DNA from: Callorhinchus milii
Taxonomy: Eukaryota
Assembly (NCBI RefSeq): GCF_018977255.1
Contig: NW_024704742.1
Coordinates: forward strand, 67,086,001-67,150,000
Length of the DNA stretch: 64,000 nucleotides
Reading direction: 5' to 3'
In this document: piece after piece, positions 1 through 12,735 of the stretch
How positions within the stretch are numbered: position 1 is the first letter of the stretch
Layout: every line of letters starts with the position of its first letter
Translations under genes and position numbers: made by a program
The notes under the pieces: model-generated
The model's input: the letters and a program-made list of their open reading frames with translations, nothing else
Databases searched by the model: none
Told to the model about the DNA's origin: nothing

Positions 1-466
1 TCCCTGGTTAAGGGGAACTTTAGATGGAGCTAACGATGCCAACAGATTTTTAAAAAAGCGTTAACTAACTGTTTTCGCTCCAACTAGTGTTAGTTATAGT
101 AGTGTGTTCTATAGATGGATTTTGCAATTGCCAGAGTCGTGAGTGTTGACTGTTTGACCCGTATTCAAATGATGCTTTCTGGCATCTAACTCTCTGTAGT
201 ATTTAATCCCAGTGCATCACCCAGGCTGCAATGCATAGCCCCCTATCTTACTGGCCTCTCAATTAAAGCTGTACAACACAACACAGTTCTTTATGGCAGT
301 GCCACAGTTCAATCTGCATTAGCACAATTGTGCTAGAAACAATACACTGAAAAATTAAAATCTTCCCTTTCCCCACGACTAAAACTCTGTACAGTAACAT
401 GCCTTAGAGTAATATTCCTTTCCTCTTTATATTTAGGTCTTCGAGGCTTTTCTTGTATTTCTGTAA

Positions 467-859
<393 letters not shown>

Positions 860-1904
860 TAAACTTTGAACGCTTTGCGGTTTTGTTCTGTCCATTTCAG
901 TTTTTTAAAGTGAATCTCAGGGTCTTCATTTGAAATGCAACGTGATGCTGTGATGGGGAGGGGAACAGTGGGGTGGGTGTTCTGGAAGGTTGAGATTGGA
1001 CGGGCCAAAGGGCCTTCTTCATCCAAACCAACCTTATGTTCTTGTGAAACAGGCATTAAAAAGGTTCTGGAGTGTGTGTGTTGCATTCACAGTTGCTGGT
1101 GAGTATTTGATTAGTAAGTGTATCTCTTAACGATTGATCACCTGCCCAACAGTCTGGGGCTGGTAGAAATCGCTTATTATTAATTTATCTGATTCTTGAC
1201 GGATAAAATAGATGTTTAATTTTTTCCTCAGACTTTTATCGCTTTTCTTTAAACTGCGAAAATAACCAACCTCCGGACTGTTGGTTGCCTCGGATGTCAC
1301 TTGCGGTTCGCTGTGTGTAAACGTCACACGGAAAGGACCTCCCGGAAACTCAGAAGTTGGCAAATGCTAAAAAATCAACTTAAAAAGTTTGTCACCTGTG
1401 AATGAATTCTCACAAGGTTGAGTTTCTGACTTTGGTGTTGAAAACGCATGAGTTTCAGGAAAGGAGCCTTGGGGTTAAGCAACAGCAATTTGCCTTTATA
1501 GAGCATCCTTCACATAGAGTTACAGGAGCGTTTCCCAGTGGCGAGGACGGTTGCCAAGCAGGGAGGGGAGATGAGCGCAGCCAGTCGAGGAGGAAGAGGC
1601 AGGACTTGACAAATTAGCGAGAGCACAACGTGGAGGAGTTGAGTGAAAGAGTTCCAGAGGTTAGTGGTGTAGAACTGGAAAGCTCGACCACCAATGATGG
1701 TGCGTGTTTGACGGGGATCCTGCAGTGAGTTTGAATTAGCCGAGCGGTGGGGGTGAGCAGAGGATGGGGTAGCAGAAAATCAGAGCGATAAGGAGCGTAT
1801 CACATGACGGGAACCCCATGTACATTGCACCAACTTTCTGCAATTTCAGCGTTCAGAGATTCTATCCTGTGTGAAGGGCGCTATATGAATGCAAGTTTAC
1901 AAAG

Positions 1905-2400
1905 ATTTACAATGAATGTGCAGCACGGAAACAGCCCACTTGGCCCAACCAGTCTGTGCTGATGTTTATGGTGGGTATGGGAGGGAGGGACTCCACACGA
2001 GCCTTTACCCGCTCCTTTACGCTCTCCCAAACTCTTTATGTTCTCTTCTCTCTCATGTGGAGGTCTAGGTTCCTCTTGAACACCATATGTTTCATTCACA
2101 ATCTCACTCCGTGAAGGTCCTCCTAAATTCTTTTTTAGATCCCCCAGTCGCTAGCTTAGTGTCAGTGTCTCCTGGTTACGGGGTCCCCAACAAGTGGAAC
2201 AGCCTATTTATGTTCACCTTTTCGAAACCTTTTTTAATTTTAAACACTTTTATTCGGTTCTCCCTTAACTGCCTCACGTGAAAAATGGCCCAACCAATCC
2301 ACTCTCTCCTGATAGCAGTAACCTGCCAGCCCTGGTATCATCCTCGTAAACCTTTGCTGTACTCTGTGCATCACTATATATTTGTTGCAATTCAACTCCA
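1905..2400 (-). mobile_element. Old CR1 LINE 3' fragment
   Basis: Minus-strand peptide RVQQRFTRMIPGLAGYCYQERVDWLG matches the CR1 ORF2 C-terminus. Confidence 0.7.
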
Positions 2401-4169
2401 GGGTGCTGTTTATTCCAAAAGTACTTATTATCATGCTCACGCACTTTGCGGTTTTCCATTCCAGCACTTTTTCAATCACTTTCTCAGTGGGCTTGTCTTA
2501 ACAGGGAGAAACTTTATACCAGACTGACACCAAATTGCACTCTTACACCACATGCTGGTTGTTTTAGGGAAGATAGACAGTCAATCACTTGGCAGATCTA
2601 GAAATAGTACCTGAAACCATAGCAATTTGTAATACTACAACGACAACTTGCATTTATATAGCACCCTTCAAGTGAGAGCGTGTCTTGGAGCACCTAACAA
2701 TGGTGGAGCCTGACACCAAGCAGTAGATAGGGAGGAGGTGACCATAAGCACGTCTTCAGTCGTGATCTAAAAGAGGGGAATGAGGGGGCAGTGCAGAAAG
2801 ATTGAGGGAGAGTTCCAATGTTTTCAAAGCGGCTGAAAGCATGGCTGCCGATGGTGGATCGGAGGGCACGAAGGACGAGCGGGAGGCCAGAGCCAGCCGA
2901 GCGGAGGCAGTGGGTAGCGGAGTGGGGATAAAGCAGGTCAGAAAGTTAGGGAGGTGCCAGGACGTGAAGGGATTTGTAGACAAGTGAAAGGATCTTGAAA
3001 TCCATCCGTTCTGTGACGGAGCCAGTGGAGCCTGGCAAGGACTGGTGTGACGGTGGTACAGAGTTTAGTGTCAACTCCTGCCTTTGCCCCACACCCTTTT
3101 ATATTTTTCAAGTTTTATCTAATTCCCTCTTAAAATCTAATATGGAATCTGCCTCAACCATGGTTCCACATGGAATATTCAACATCCTGACAACCTTCTA
3201 TGTAGAAGAACTTCTCCCAACCTCTCCCTTTGGTTCTCTGAATCTCTTGTAGTGGTGGTGCGTGTGGTGGAGGGGAAGAGGAAACCCTAATGATTGGGAA
3301 CAAATGAAGCAAAATGCATTTATTATAGATCAAATTATTACTTTATAGTTTCTCAAGTTCTCACGATTTGCTCCACAAGCACGATACAGTTGAAATCTGA
3401 CTTGGAGTTAGATTTAGCGTTTCATGGGATGTTATTGTAAAATGTGATGACTGTATTTGCAGGTGAATACGGCAGCCAATTTGCACACAGCAATGTACTG
3501 CAAACAGCCATGAAGTGAATGACCAATTTTTATTGTTTGAGGATTGCCAGCCATGATACTAGGAGAAACTCCCTTCTCTTTACGAATTGTGCTATGGGAT
3601 CTTTAATGTCCAATTAGACAGGCAGACAGGATCCCCACTCTGCGGTTGAAAAAGCTCATAACTCAAATACACCAGGATTCTTCTGTATAAAGAGAGCAAT
3701 CACTTGCATGCACTTGCAGGCTTATACTATTGCATTTATGTTTCAAGTAATAGATATTTAACTACCAGAGTGCTCTGATCTCTTTGTAACCCACATTTAA
3801 AAGTGTTTTTTTTTGTTCAGAGAGGAGAGATCGAGGCAGGAACAGGACTGGGAATTGGGAACAGCATTCAGTGGAAAGCAGGCAAAAGTGTTGAGCTGAG
3901 GATTTGGCTTCCCCACGTGATGGAATCCATAATGAATTTATTAAATCTAATAGATTCAGCGTAATAGAAAATTTAGCTGCTGCCATTGTAAATCTAAACT
4001 GAAATCTAGTGATATTATGACCGTTTGTCTTATAAGAGGCCTTAAAATTGAGACCTCTAGGCTTAATGGATTGTTCTTTGAAGGTGTGTTTAATTCACTA
4101 GAGCTGGGTTTAAGTATCTCCTTCGTTATATATTTCCTCTAATGAGTTCAGTGTTTGCTTTACCTATAT

Positions 4170-4660
4170 TAGGGTTTACAAGAATGAATCCAGGGATGAA
4201 GGGCTACAGCTATGAGGAGATATTGGTGAGGCTGGGTGTGTTTTCATTGGAGCAGAGACGATTGAAGGGAAAACATGACAGAGGTGTACACAATTATGAA
4301 GGGTTTTGTTTTAAGTGTTCTGAGACGCTGCCGAGTGTGAAGGACACTATATAAATGCAAGTTGTTTAGGTAAATAGGGAAAAGTTATTTCTATTGATCA
4401 GGGATTCAGTGACTTGGGGACATAGTTATCAGAAAGCCACAAGAATTGCGAAAGGAGATCTTTGGAGGAATTATTTCACGCAGAGAGTAGTTGGGATGTG
4501 GAATAGGATGGTTGAGATTAGGTCCATTGTAGCCGTGTAAGGGCTGTGGGGCGGAGTTCCTGAGGGTCGGGCAGAGTTCCTGAGGGTGGATGGAGTGGCT
4601 GAAAATCTGTTCATCAATGGTGGGGTGGGGGCATGAGATGCACATGGCCAAAGGAACTAA
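4170..4660 (+). mobile_element. Old CR1 LINE 3' fragment with a small L2-tail insertion
   Basis: FTRMNPGMKGYSYEEILVRLGVFSLEQRRLKG is CR1 ORF2 C-terminus-like; an L2-type tail lies at ~4310-4365. Confidence 0.7.
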
Positions 4661-5544
4661 CTATTCAGAAATTAGCTAGAAATGTTCCTGGAAATTAAAT
4701 GCATTGAGGAGGTCAGTAATATGGTTGACTACCTGAAACTGTTCTAGTAAGGCAACAGTAACCTCTGAAAATGAATGTCCCACAGGAATTTTTATTTAGA
4801 AATGTTTAATTCAGACGTTTCAAAAAACTTCTTTTCCCCCATCAAAATGAATGCGTTATTTTGCCCTTGATCGTGCTTTAGCTTCTGTAATACTGTGTAA
4901 GAACACAGAGAGTCTGTTAAAGGATTAAAGGGATTTTCTTTTTTTGCTCCATTAAAACCAGATGTTGAAAGATTTTAGTGCTTGTTTCACTTAAGCTCCC
5001 CATTAATGCTTATCATTTTGATTTTGATTCAGGGCAAAAGGAGCTTACATATAAATTGGCTCATTGTGCTTTTCCTTTAAATAGAATCCAAGTTTGCAGC
5101 TAACCCTTAGATGTGTGCTGGAGCTATGGTGCTATTGTTGTTTCATATCATCTAAGAATATTATTTTTTAATCCAGGTCTTTACAAAATATTTATGTCAA
5201 ATGTCGATCTACTTTTTGATTTCTCTATTATCAAATACTTTGGGATGTCCTTTAGATATGAAAGGTGCTACACCAAAAGCAAGTATGAGTATTATCTATC
5301 AGAATTATCAGGACAAAGCAAAAGTACCAGCTGATTAGAAGATTTTGCAAACCTGATGTAAAGATGTAGACATTCCAGAAATCTCCTCAGCCGTCTGGTT
5401 TCACAAGGGAGTGGGTTAAAATCTGGCCTAAGATCACTGGCTGCTCATATCTCAAAGAGACCAAATGAAGACATGAGCGCCAAGTCTGATTTGAATTAAT
5501 CAGTGTTTTAAAAATACATAATTAAAGAAATGCAGGCAAAAGGA

Positions 5545-5785
5545 TGCAGACTTGGAAGGTTTGATTCCCAATGTGTGCTGAACTCTCTGTTTGACCGTGT
5601 GTTAATCCAGTGAGCGACTGTTCTGGATGGTCCGAGATTCAAATCCCAATCTCTGCTGAAGTCACTGTGGGTGAGTGGCTGAGCTGTACGGAGATGGAAG
5701 GTTTGATTCCTGGTCTGTGCTGAACTACATGTTGTTGACCTGATTGAGTGTCTGAGCCATACAGATTTGGATTCCTCGTCTACAA
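5545..5785 (+). repeat. Degenerate ~70-bp tandem repeat, about 4 copies
   Basis: Recurring gtgag..ctgag / ggaaggtttgattcc...tgtgctgaact units at ~5548, 5608, 5671 and 5742. Confidence 0.55.
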
Positions 5786-5808
5786 TCAGTGCCTGCCCTC
5801 ACCCGAGG

Positions 5809-6065
5809 CAACAACAACAACAAATGACATGTATAGCGTCTTTCACGTCGGGAGGACATCCCAAAGCGCTGGACAGTCAAGGATGTGTACCTGAGTTGGG
5901 GGTTGGGATCAGGAGGGGTGGAGGGCAGGAGTAGGAGAGTGACCGAAGATGCAGTAGAAGAGGAGGGTCTTGAGACGGGCCTTGAAGGAGGCGGGGTGGG
6001 GGTGGTTGGTGATGGGGAGGCCAAGGTACTGTGAGATGGAGTTCCAAAGGGTGTGAGCAGTACTA
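5809..6065 (-). mobile_element. L2 LINE 3' end, 5'-truncated
   Basis: (CAA)n tail plus reverse complement of the tail of the 8864-9774 L2; reads LWNSI...ASFKARLKTLLF on the minus strand. Confidence 0.8.
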
Positions 6066-6725
6066 ACATGCCAGAATTTACGGCTTGAGGGTGGGGTATT
6101 AAGCTCCGTTGTTATCAAATCATGACCCTTTTCTCCCCCCCAACCCCCCGCGTACACAAGGTACAGGAAGACAATGGCTCCAGAACAAGTGGAACGGAAA
6201 CGATTGTTGGCGAAAATTGATAACAGAATTCCTTGAAAACATTCTATAAGCTGTATGGAAAATACTGATAATAATCCTTGCTTTTGATATAGTGCCTTAT
6301 CAAGTCTCAAAGCTTTGCACAGAATATACTGTAAAGTGGACTGTTCCCACCAAATGCACACAGAGTGACCAAATTGTTATTTTTTTGTGAAGGGATTCTT
6401 ACACCCTGAAAGCGATCCGACAAAACTAGATAATGCATTTACATGAATGGAAATTTACTTGGACAAAACTGCCCTAGGCCGGTGTCTGTAACTAGGGGTG
6501 GAATTTGCATTTTTCTTCCTGCTACTCTCTCTCTCCCCCTCCTCCACCCATTTCCCTGGGTTTCTGTAAGATTTCAGCAGCGGCTAATAAATGCAAATTT
6601 TTTATATTATTTTTGTTTCATACCTTCCGTTTTGCTGACAAATTCTGTTTAATGTCTAAACAAACCTAGGGGGAGACCTGGGATTAGATTATCACTATTT
6701 TCTTAGCGCTCTCCAAGTGTGTAGG

Positions 6726-6827
6726 ATTTGGCAAATTCTTAAATGTAGTCTTAATTGTGAGACCAGTTTTCTGAAGTTCCAGAAAACAGGCTTTGAAATT
6801 AAGAGTGCATTTAATAATTTGCCAAAT
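6726..6827. mobile_element. Palindromic MITE-like element
   Basis: 48-nt inverted arms (atttggcaaatt...gttttctg / cagaaaac...aatttgccaaat) around a 6-nt spacer; related sequence at ~13790-13870, ~54100-54190 and ~59915-59970. Confidence 0.6.
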
Positions 6828-6969
6828 TATGTATGATCTGAAACACTCAGGAAATAGTGCAAGTCAAGACATGGATCGAATCTCTCCCCTGTTTGGCAGT
6901 GTTCCTAAAATGCACTTGCGTCGCTGATAAGCATTCACCAAGCAAATCTCACCCACCCTAGCTCTGCAG

Positions 6970-7013
6970 TGATGTACCACACAATCGCTTTACCTCGCAA
7001 AGACTTGGAAAAA
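6970..7013 (+). pseudogene. Degenerate partial copy of CTBP1 exon B
   Basis: 39 of 44 nt identical to 7853-7896 without gaps; translates MYHTIALPRKDLEK versus [14 protein letters not shown]. Confidence 0.8.
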
Positions 7014-7307
7014 CCTGTCCCAACTGCTCCCTTTGCTCAATGAGCACAAGCCTGCTTTATGTACTGTCTCTACCCTAACTACCCCAACATTGTCAGGTGG
7101 CTTTCAGCCATTCTGCTCTCCTCCTTTCTCTGGAATCCCTCCAACTTCCTCCCTCTCTCTCCTATTTCACGATGTGTCTCACAACGTACCTCTTTGACCA
7201 TGCTTTCAGTTGATCTTTTCCCCCTCCCCAACCCTCTTAAGCTCCTACCACCATTGAGCACTGTAAAGAGGTTTGAGATGTCCTCACGATGTGAAATGTG
7301 CTATTTT

Positions 7308-7683
7308 GTGGAGTCCGGTAATGCATTGGTTAGAGTCTCTGAGCCTCTCAAGCAAGGGGACCCGTAATCGATTCCCAGTGCGAAATGTTAAGCAAGTTGC
7401 CTTACTCCACATGCCTTTGTTTACCCAGCAGTATGTAGGAACCCGTTTGTTAGTCGATTGGCGGATTGCTTTCCGGATGTAATAATCCCTTCACAAAAAG
7501 AAAAGAAATAATAATTTGATCACTCAATCCAAGACTGTGTGTGGGACACTGCTGTGCGCAATTGGCTGCCACGTTTCGTCCACAAAATACACAGTCAATT
7601 CATTTTACAGTATGTTCTGTGAAGCGTTTTGAGACGTTTCGAAGACGTGATAAGGCGCTATATAGAATTCAAGGATTATTATT
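7308..7683 (+). mobile_element. tRNA-derived SINE, long form
   Basis: gtggagtc head, ...gcaagtt...tgtttacccagcagta segment, gtgggacactgctgtgcgcaattggctgcc body, L2-type tail and (TAT)n end. Confidence 0.9.
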
Positions 7684-7827
7684 AGATAAATGTGCATTGT
7701 ATCTTTTTTAATTGGTGGACATTACAAAACTGTTTTGAACCTGTCAAACCTCAGGTGAGAGTTGATCTGAGCAAACTGTGAATGTCACTGATCTGTTCAA
7801 GTGGTAACATCTCCTTTCTTTGCTTAG

Positions 7828-8007
<180 letters not shown>

Positions 8008-8494
8008 TGAGACTGAAAAAGAGGAGGTCTCAAAGTTGTGTTTTCATTCCTTGCCTTACATTATGCTGACAAATTGTGTATCCAACTCCTTCCTGGAATC
8101 CATCAAATTCCCTCTTTTCAAGGTACATCTCAACATGTACCTATTTGTACTTTCAGTCATCTTTCTTCCCCACACCCCCAGCTTGGGAATCGAACCATAC
8201 AGATCTACATTACAGAAGAAGACCATTCATCCCGTCGTGTCTTTGCTGGCTCGATCCTTTCAGTCCCATTTACTCATTTCCAAATATCTATCTAGTCCCC
8301 TTTTGAAAGCTAGTTAGGATTCTGCCTCAACCACTGCTCCTGTCAGGGCGTTTTATGTCCTCAGTACTCTGTGTGAAAACACTTCTCTTAACCTCCCCGT
8401 TTGCTAGCACTGTGAAGCACTTTGAATAGTCCTCCCGACATGAAAGGCAAAATGTATCTGGTGACAAAGTCTAAAAAATGGGGAAGGTGGGGTC

Positions 8495-8828
8495 ATAATA
8501 ATAATAATAATAATAATCCTTGCATTTGATATAGCGCTTTTCACGTCGGGGGGACGTCCCAAAGCGCTTCACAGAACACACTGTAAAGTGAATTGACTGT
8601 ATATTTGTGGGCGAACGCGGCAGCCAATTGCGCACAGCAATGTCCCACAAACAGTCGTAGATTGAAAATGACCAATTTAATTATTGTTTTTGTTTTTTTG
8701 GAGGGATTATTATTAGGCTCTGTGTGGAGTAAGGAAACTTGCCCAAGGTTTCGCCCTCTGCCTGGAATTGAACTCAGGTCTCTCGCTTACAAAGCGAGTG
8801 CTCTAACCACTGAGCTACAGGACTCCAC
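8495..8828 (-). mobile_element. tRNA(Ala)-derived SINE, young short form
   Basis: Near-identical reverse complement of 35418-35739; (ATA)n tail at the left end. Confidence 0.95.
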
Positions 8829-8863
8829 GAGTGAGACCACAAAATACAGTCAATTCACTGTGC

Positions 8864-9774
8864 ACAAAACTGAGGCCCTCCTGATTGGCTCACGTCAGCA
8901 CCTCCGCACCTCAGGCGCTGACAGCATCAGCATCCAAGGCTGCACTCTCCACCTCTCAAAGTCAGTCAGGAACCTCGGGGTTCTGTTCGACCCTGAGCTG
9001 TCCTTTCTTCCGCATATCCGCGCCACAACGGGCACCGCCTTCCATCACCTCCGGAATATCGCCAGACTACGGCACTACCTCACCCCTCACGCTGCTGAAA
9101 CTCTGGTCCACACCTTTATCACCTCAAGGCTGGACTATGGGAACTCTCTCCTCGTCGGCCTTCCCGGCACCTCCCTCCACAAGCTGCAGGTCATTCAGAA
9201 CTCTGCAGCTCATGTACTGTCCCGCACCAGGCTTCGGGACCACATCACTCCCACCCTCGCTCGCCTCCACTGGCTCCCCATCCCCCAGAGGATTGAATTC
9301 AAGATCCTCATCCTCACCTACAAGGCCATTCACGGCCTTGCTCCCTCCGACCTAATATCCCCCTACTTACCTGCCCGTACCCTCCGTTCCTCTGGCTCCG
9401 GTCTGCTCCACGTCCCCCGCCCCAACCGCCCTACTATCGGTGGTCGGGCCTTCAGCCTCTCAGCCCCGAGGCTCTGGAACTCCATCCCCCAGTGCCTTCG
9501 CCGCTTCCTCCCTTTCCTCCTTCAAGGCCGGTCTCAAAACCTTTCTCTTTGACCGTGCCTTCAGCTCCCCTCTCGACTCTCTTCCTCCTCCTCGCTCCCT
9601 CCCTTCCCTCCCCTCACCCTGACCATTTCCCCCCTCCTCTCTCCCTCCCTTCCCTCCCCTCACCCTGACCATTTCCCCCTGCTCGGGTCATGACCCAACT
9701 GTGCAGCGCCTTGGGACGTCCTCCTGACGTGAAAGGCGCTCTATAAATGGAATCTTGTTGTTGTTGTTGTTGTT
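8864..9774 (+). mobile_element. Young L2-clade LINE, 5'-truncated
   Basis: Open frame KTEALLIGS...RNLGVLFD...RLDYGNSLL...HITPTLARLHWLP...LWNSIP typical of L2 ORF2; pyrimidine-rich 3'UTR with an internal duplication; (TGT)n tail. Confidence 0.93.
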
Positions 9775-10560
9775 AAATCTCACCTTAACACCTACTTCTT
9801 CGACCATGCCTGTTGTCACCTCCCCCTTCTCCCCTGCTCGACATCCATCAATATCAACAATAGCTTGCATTTATATAACGCCTTTGATGTGACTAACATC
9901 TCGGAGCATCTAACAGCAGTATGGTTTGAGGCCGAGCTGGAAAGAGAGATGACCGAAGGCACGGTTGAAGAGGAAAATCTGATTTGAAGACAGGCAAAGA
10001 AGAGGCCAAGGCAAAGGGATTGAGGCTCACACCGCTGCTCAAGTAGAATGAATAGAGACATTGAAACGCTTTGAGATGAAGTGGAGCGTAGGAAATTGGC
10101 AAAGAGAGAAAAACTCAGATAAAACTAACACAAATATTTGGATAGCTATTGTACACTCTGCTGTTCTTGGACCCAGTCGCAACGCACCAGTTTTACACCT
10201 AATATAAAGCTTCTGCTGGGCAAGGATTGAAGGACTTCCTGCCAATAGGAGTTGACGTTCAGTATCTTTCAGCTGATGCTTCAATCAGAAAAACAAAACA
10301 TGTTGATCACCACTTGGTAATACTTTTATTCAGCTGAGAGGCATGTTACTTTACTTTCCAGGAAAGCCCATTGGCAGGTGTTTGGGATATTGGGTGCTAG
10401 TCAGACTTCAGGCTGCTGGCCTGGAGTCACGTCACTCTGTGTCGAGGCTGCTTCTGAGGGAGGCTCACTCAGAAACAACAGCAACAAAATTACATTTATC
10501 GAGCGCCTTTCACGTCGGGGGGGTGTCTGAAACAACAACAACTTGAGCAACGAGGTACCT

Positions 10561-12010
10561 CAGTGTGTCCACAAAGTCCTGTTACCCCCTGTTACAAAAC
10601 AGGGATATGAGTCTAGGGAGGAGCTGAAGCAAGCTGCCAGAGATGCAATTCCCCTCCTCACTCGATCCATGTTATGGAAGATTCATAGATTCATAGAATG
10701 TTACGGCACAGAAGGAGGCCATTCGGCCCATCGAGTCTGTGCCGGCTCTTTGACAGAGCAAGTCACTTTCACGAACCCCAATCACCAGCTTTCTCCCTAT
10801 AACCCTGCAAACCCGTCTTTCCCAGATACCTATCCAGTTCTCTCTTAAAAGCTGTTATCGAATCAGACTTCACTGCCCTTTCAGGCAGATCATTCAAATT
10901 CAAACAACTCGCTGAGTGAAAAAAATTCTTCTAACCTCCCCTCTGCTTCTTTTGGTAGATATCTTAAGACTGTGACCACGGGTCACAGACACACCTACCA
11001 GCGGAAACAGCTTTTCCTTATCTAGCCTGTCGAAACCTTTCATGATCTTGAAGGCCTCTATCAGGACCTCGCGTAATCTCTGCTCTAATGGGAAAAGTCC
11101 TAACTTCTCCAGCCTGTCCTCATAGCTAAGGTTCCCCATTCCTGGTATCATTCTTGTGAATCTCTGCACCCTTTCCAGTGCCTTAATGTCCTTCCTCAAG
11201 TAAGGTGCCCAGAACTGGATGCAGTACTCCAGCTGAGGCCTAACCAGTGTTTTGTATAGATTAACCATAACCTCCCTACTCTTATACTCTATGCCCCTAC
11301 TAATAAAGCTCAGTACACCAAATGCCTTTTTTACTGCCTTATCTACCTGCCCCGCTACCTTTAATCATTCGCTTACTTGAACACCCAGATCTCTCTGTAT
11401 GTTCATCCCCCTTAAGATTGAGCTACCAAGTCTATATTGCCTCCTATCATTTTTCCTACCTAAGTGTATCACCTCACACTTATCCACATTGAAATCCATC
11501 TGCTACATGTCAGCCCATTCCACCATTCTGTGTATGTCTGCTTGCAGTTGGTTACAGTCCTCCTTGCTATTTACTACGCTACCTAACTTTGTATCATCTG
11601 CAAACTTGGAAATAGTGCTCTCTATGCTCAAGTCCAGATCATTAATATATATTAGAAAGAGCAGTGGTCCCAATACCGGTCCCTGGGGGACACCGCTGCA
11701 CACCTCCTTCCGTTTCGAGAAACACCCATTAACTACCACCCTCTGCTTTCTGTCACTCAGCCAGTTCTTAATCCAAACTGCCACTGTCCCCTTAATACTG
11801 TGGGCCTCTAATTCTTGTATTAGTCTCTTAATACATGGTGACGGATCATTATCTGCCATAAAAATGATGGCAGTCACACACACCCATCCGCTGGATGTCT
11901 AAATACAGTTAAACACTTGTACTGATTATAGTGAAGGGCTTCTAATACAATTATCATCATTCTTCCACATGTTTCCACATCGTTTAATAAAATGGCGGGG
12001 TACAAGAAAC
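10561..12010 (+). mobile_element. Tc1/mariner-derived MITE split by a CR1 insertion
   Basis: Left TIR cagtgtgtccacaaagtcctgtta at 10561; 10650-10680 and 11832-11975 match the reverse complement of 37356-37640; right TIR is degenerate. Confidence 0.8.
10681..11828 (-). mobile_element. CR1 LINE, 5'-truncated
   Basis: RT motifs SGVPQGPVLGPLLFLIYINDL and KFADDTKL, C-terminal LYKTLVRPQLEYC...; (ATTCTRTG)n-type tail at ~10681-10700. Confidence 0.95.
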
Positions 12011-12148
12011 GGGCCCGTGTTGCTGAGGGAAGGGAGTGCCTGGGTTGGTAGAGTTCAAGAAGGTTGTGGAAGTAGGTTGGGGTGAGAGCATGCAGGAATT
12101 TGAAGGCATGTTCCTTTGTGTGGTGTGTGTGTGAAATGACTTTAGTAA

Positions 12149-12394
<246 letters not shown>

Positions 12395-12479
12395 TAGAAA
12401 AGAAATGAGCAATCCATTTTGAGGGAAAGTGTTCTGGTCAACCTTTAAAAGAGATGTTTTTATACTTTTGGGCTCTGTT

Positions 12480-12735
12480 TCTGTTCCTTTGGATGTGACA
12501 TTAAACCGCATCAGTCTGTTTACGTGGATGTTAAAGATCTCGTGGTACTATTTGAAAAGAGAATAGAGTTTCTCCCAGTGTCCTGGCTAACTGTCCTGCA
12601 GATAAAAGTGGTCATTCGTTGACTGTTTGTGGGACATTGCAATGTTCAAATTGGCTGCCAGGTTTGCCCCCAATCATTCCACAAGTTCTCTTGTGGAATG
12701 ATTGGGGGCAAGGATGCAAGGATCATTATTGTTGG
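12480..12735 (+). mobile_element. Old Deu-domain SINE fragment containing a perfect hairpin
   Basis: ggatgtgacattaaacc...gttaaagatc...tgtcctggc...tgtttgtgggacattgc...ttggctgcc; the 3' part is replaced by the 12664-12711 palindrome. Confidence 0.75.

Noticed and set aside
8593..9552. 319-aa ORF, the longest in the window
   Set aside because: Chance fusion of an antisense SINE frame with a 5'-truncated L2 ORF2 C-terminus; it starts at TTG and lacks the RT catalytic core.
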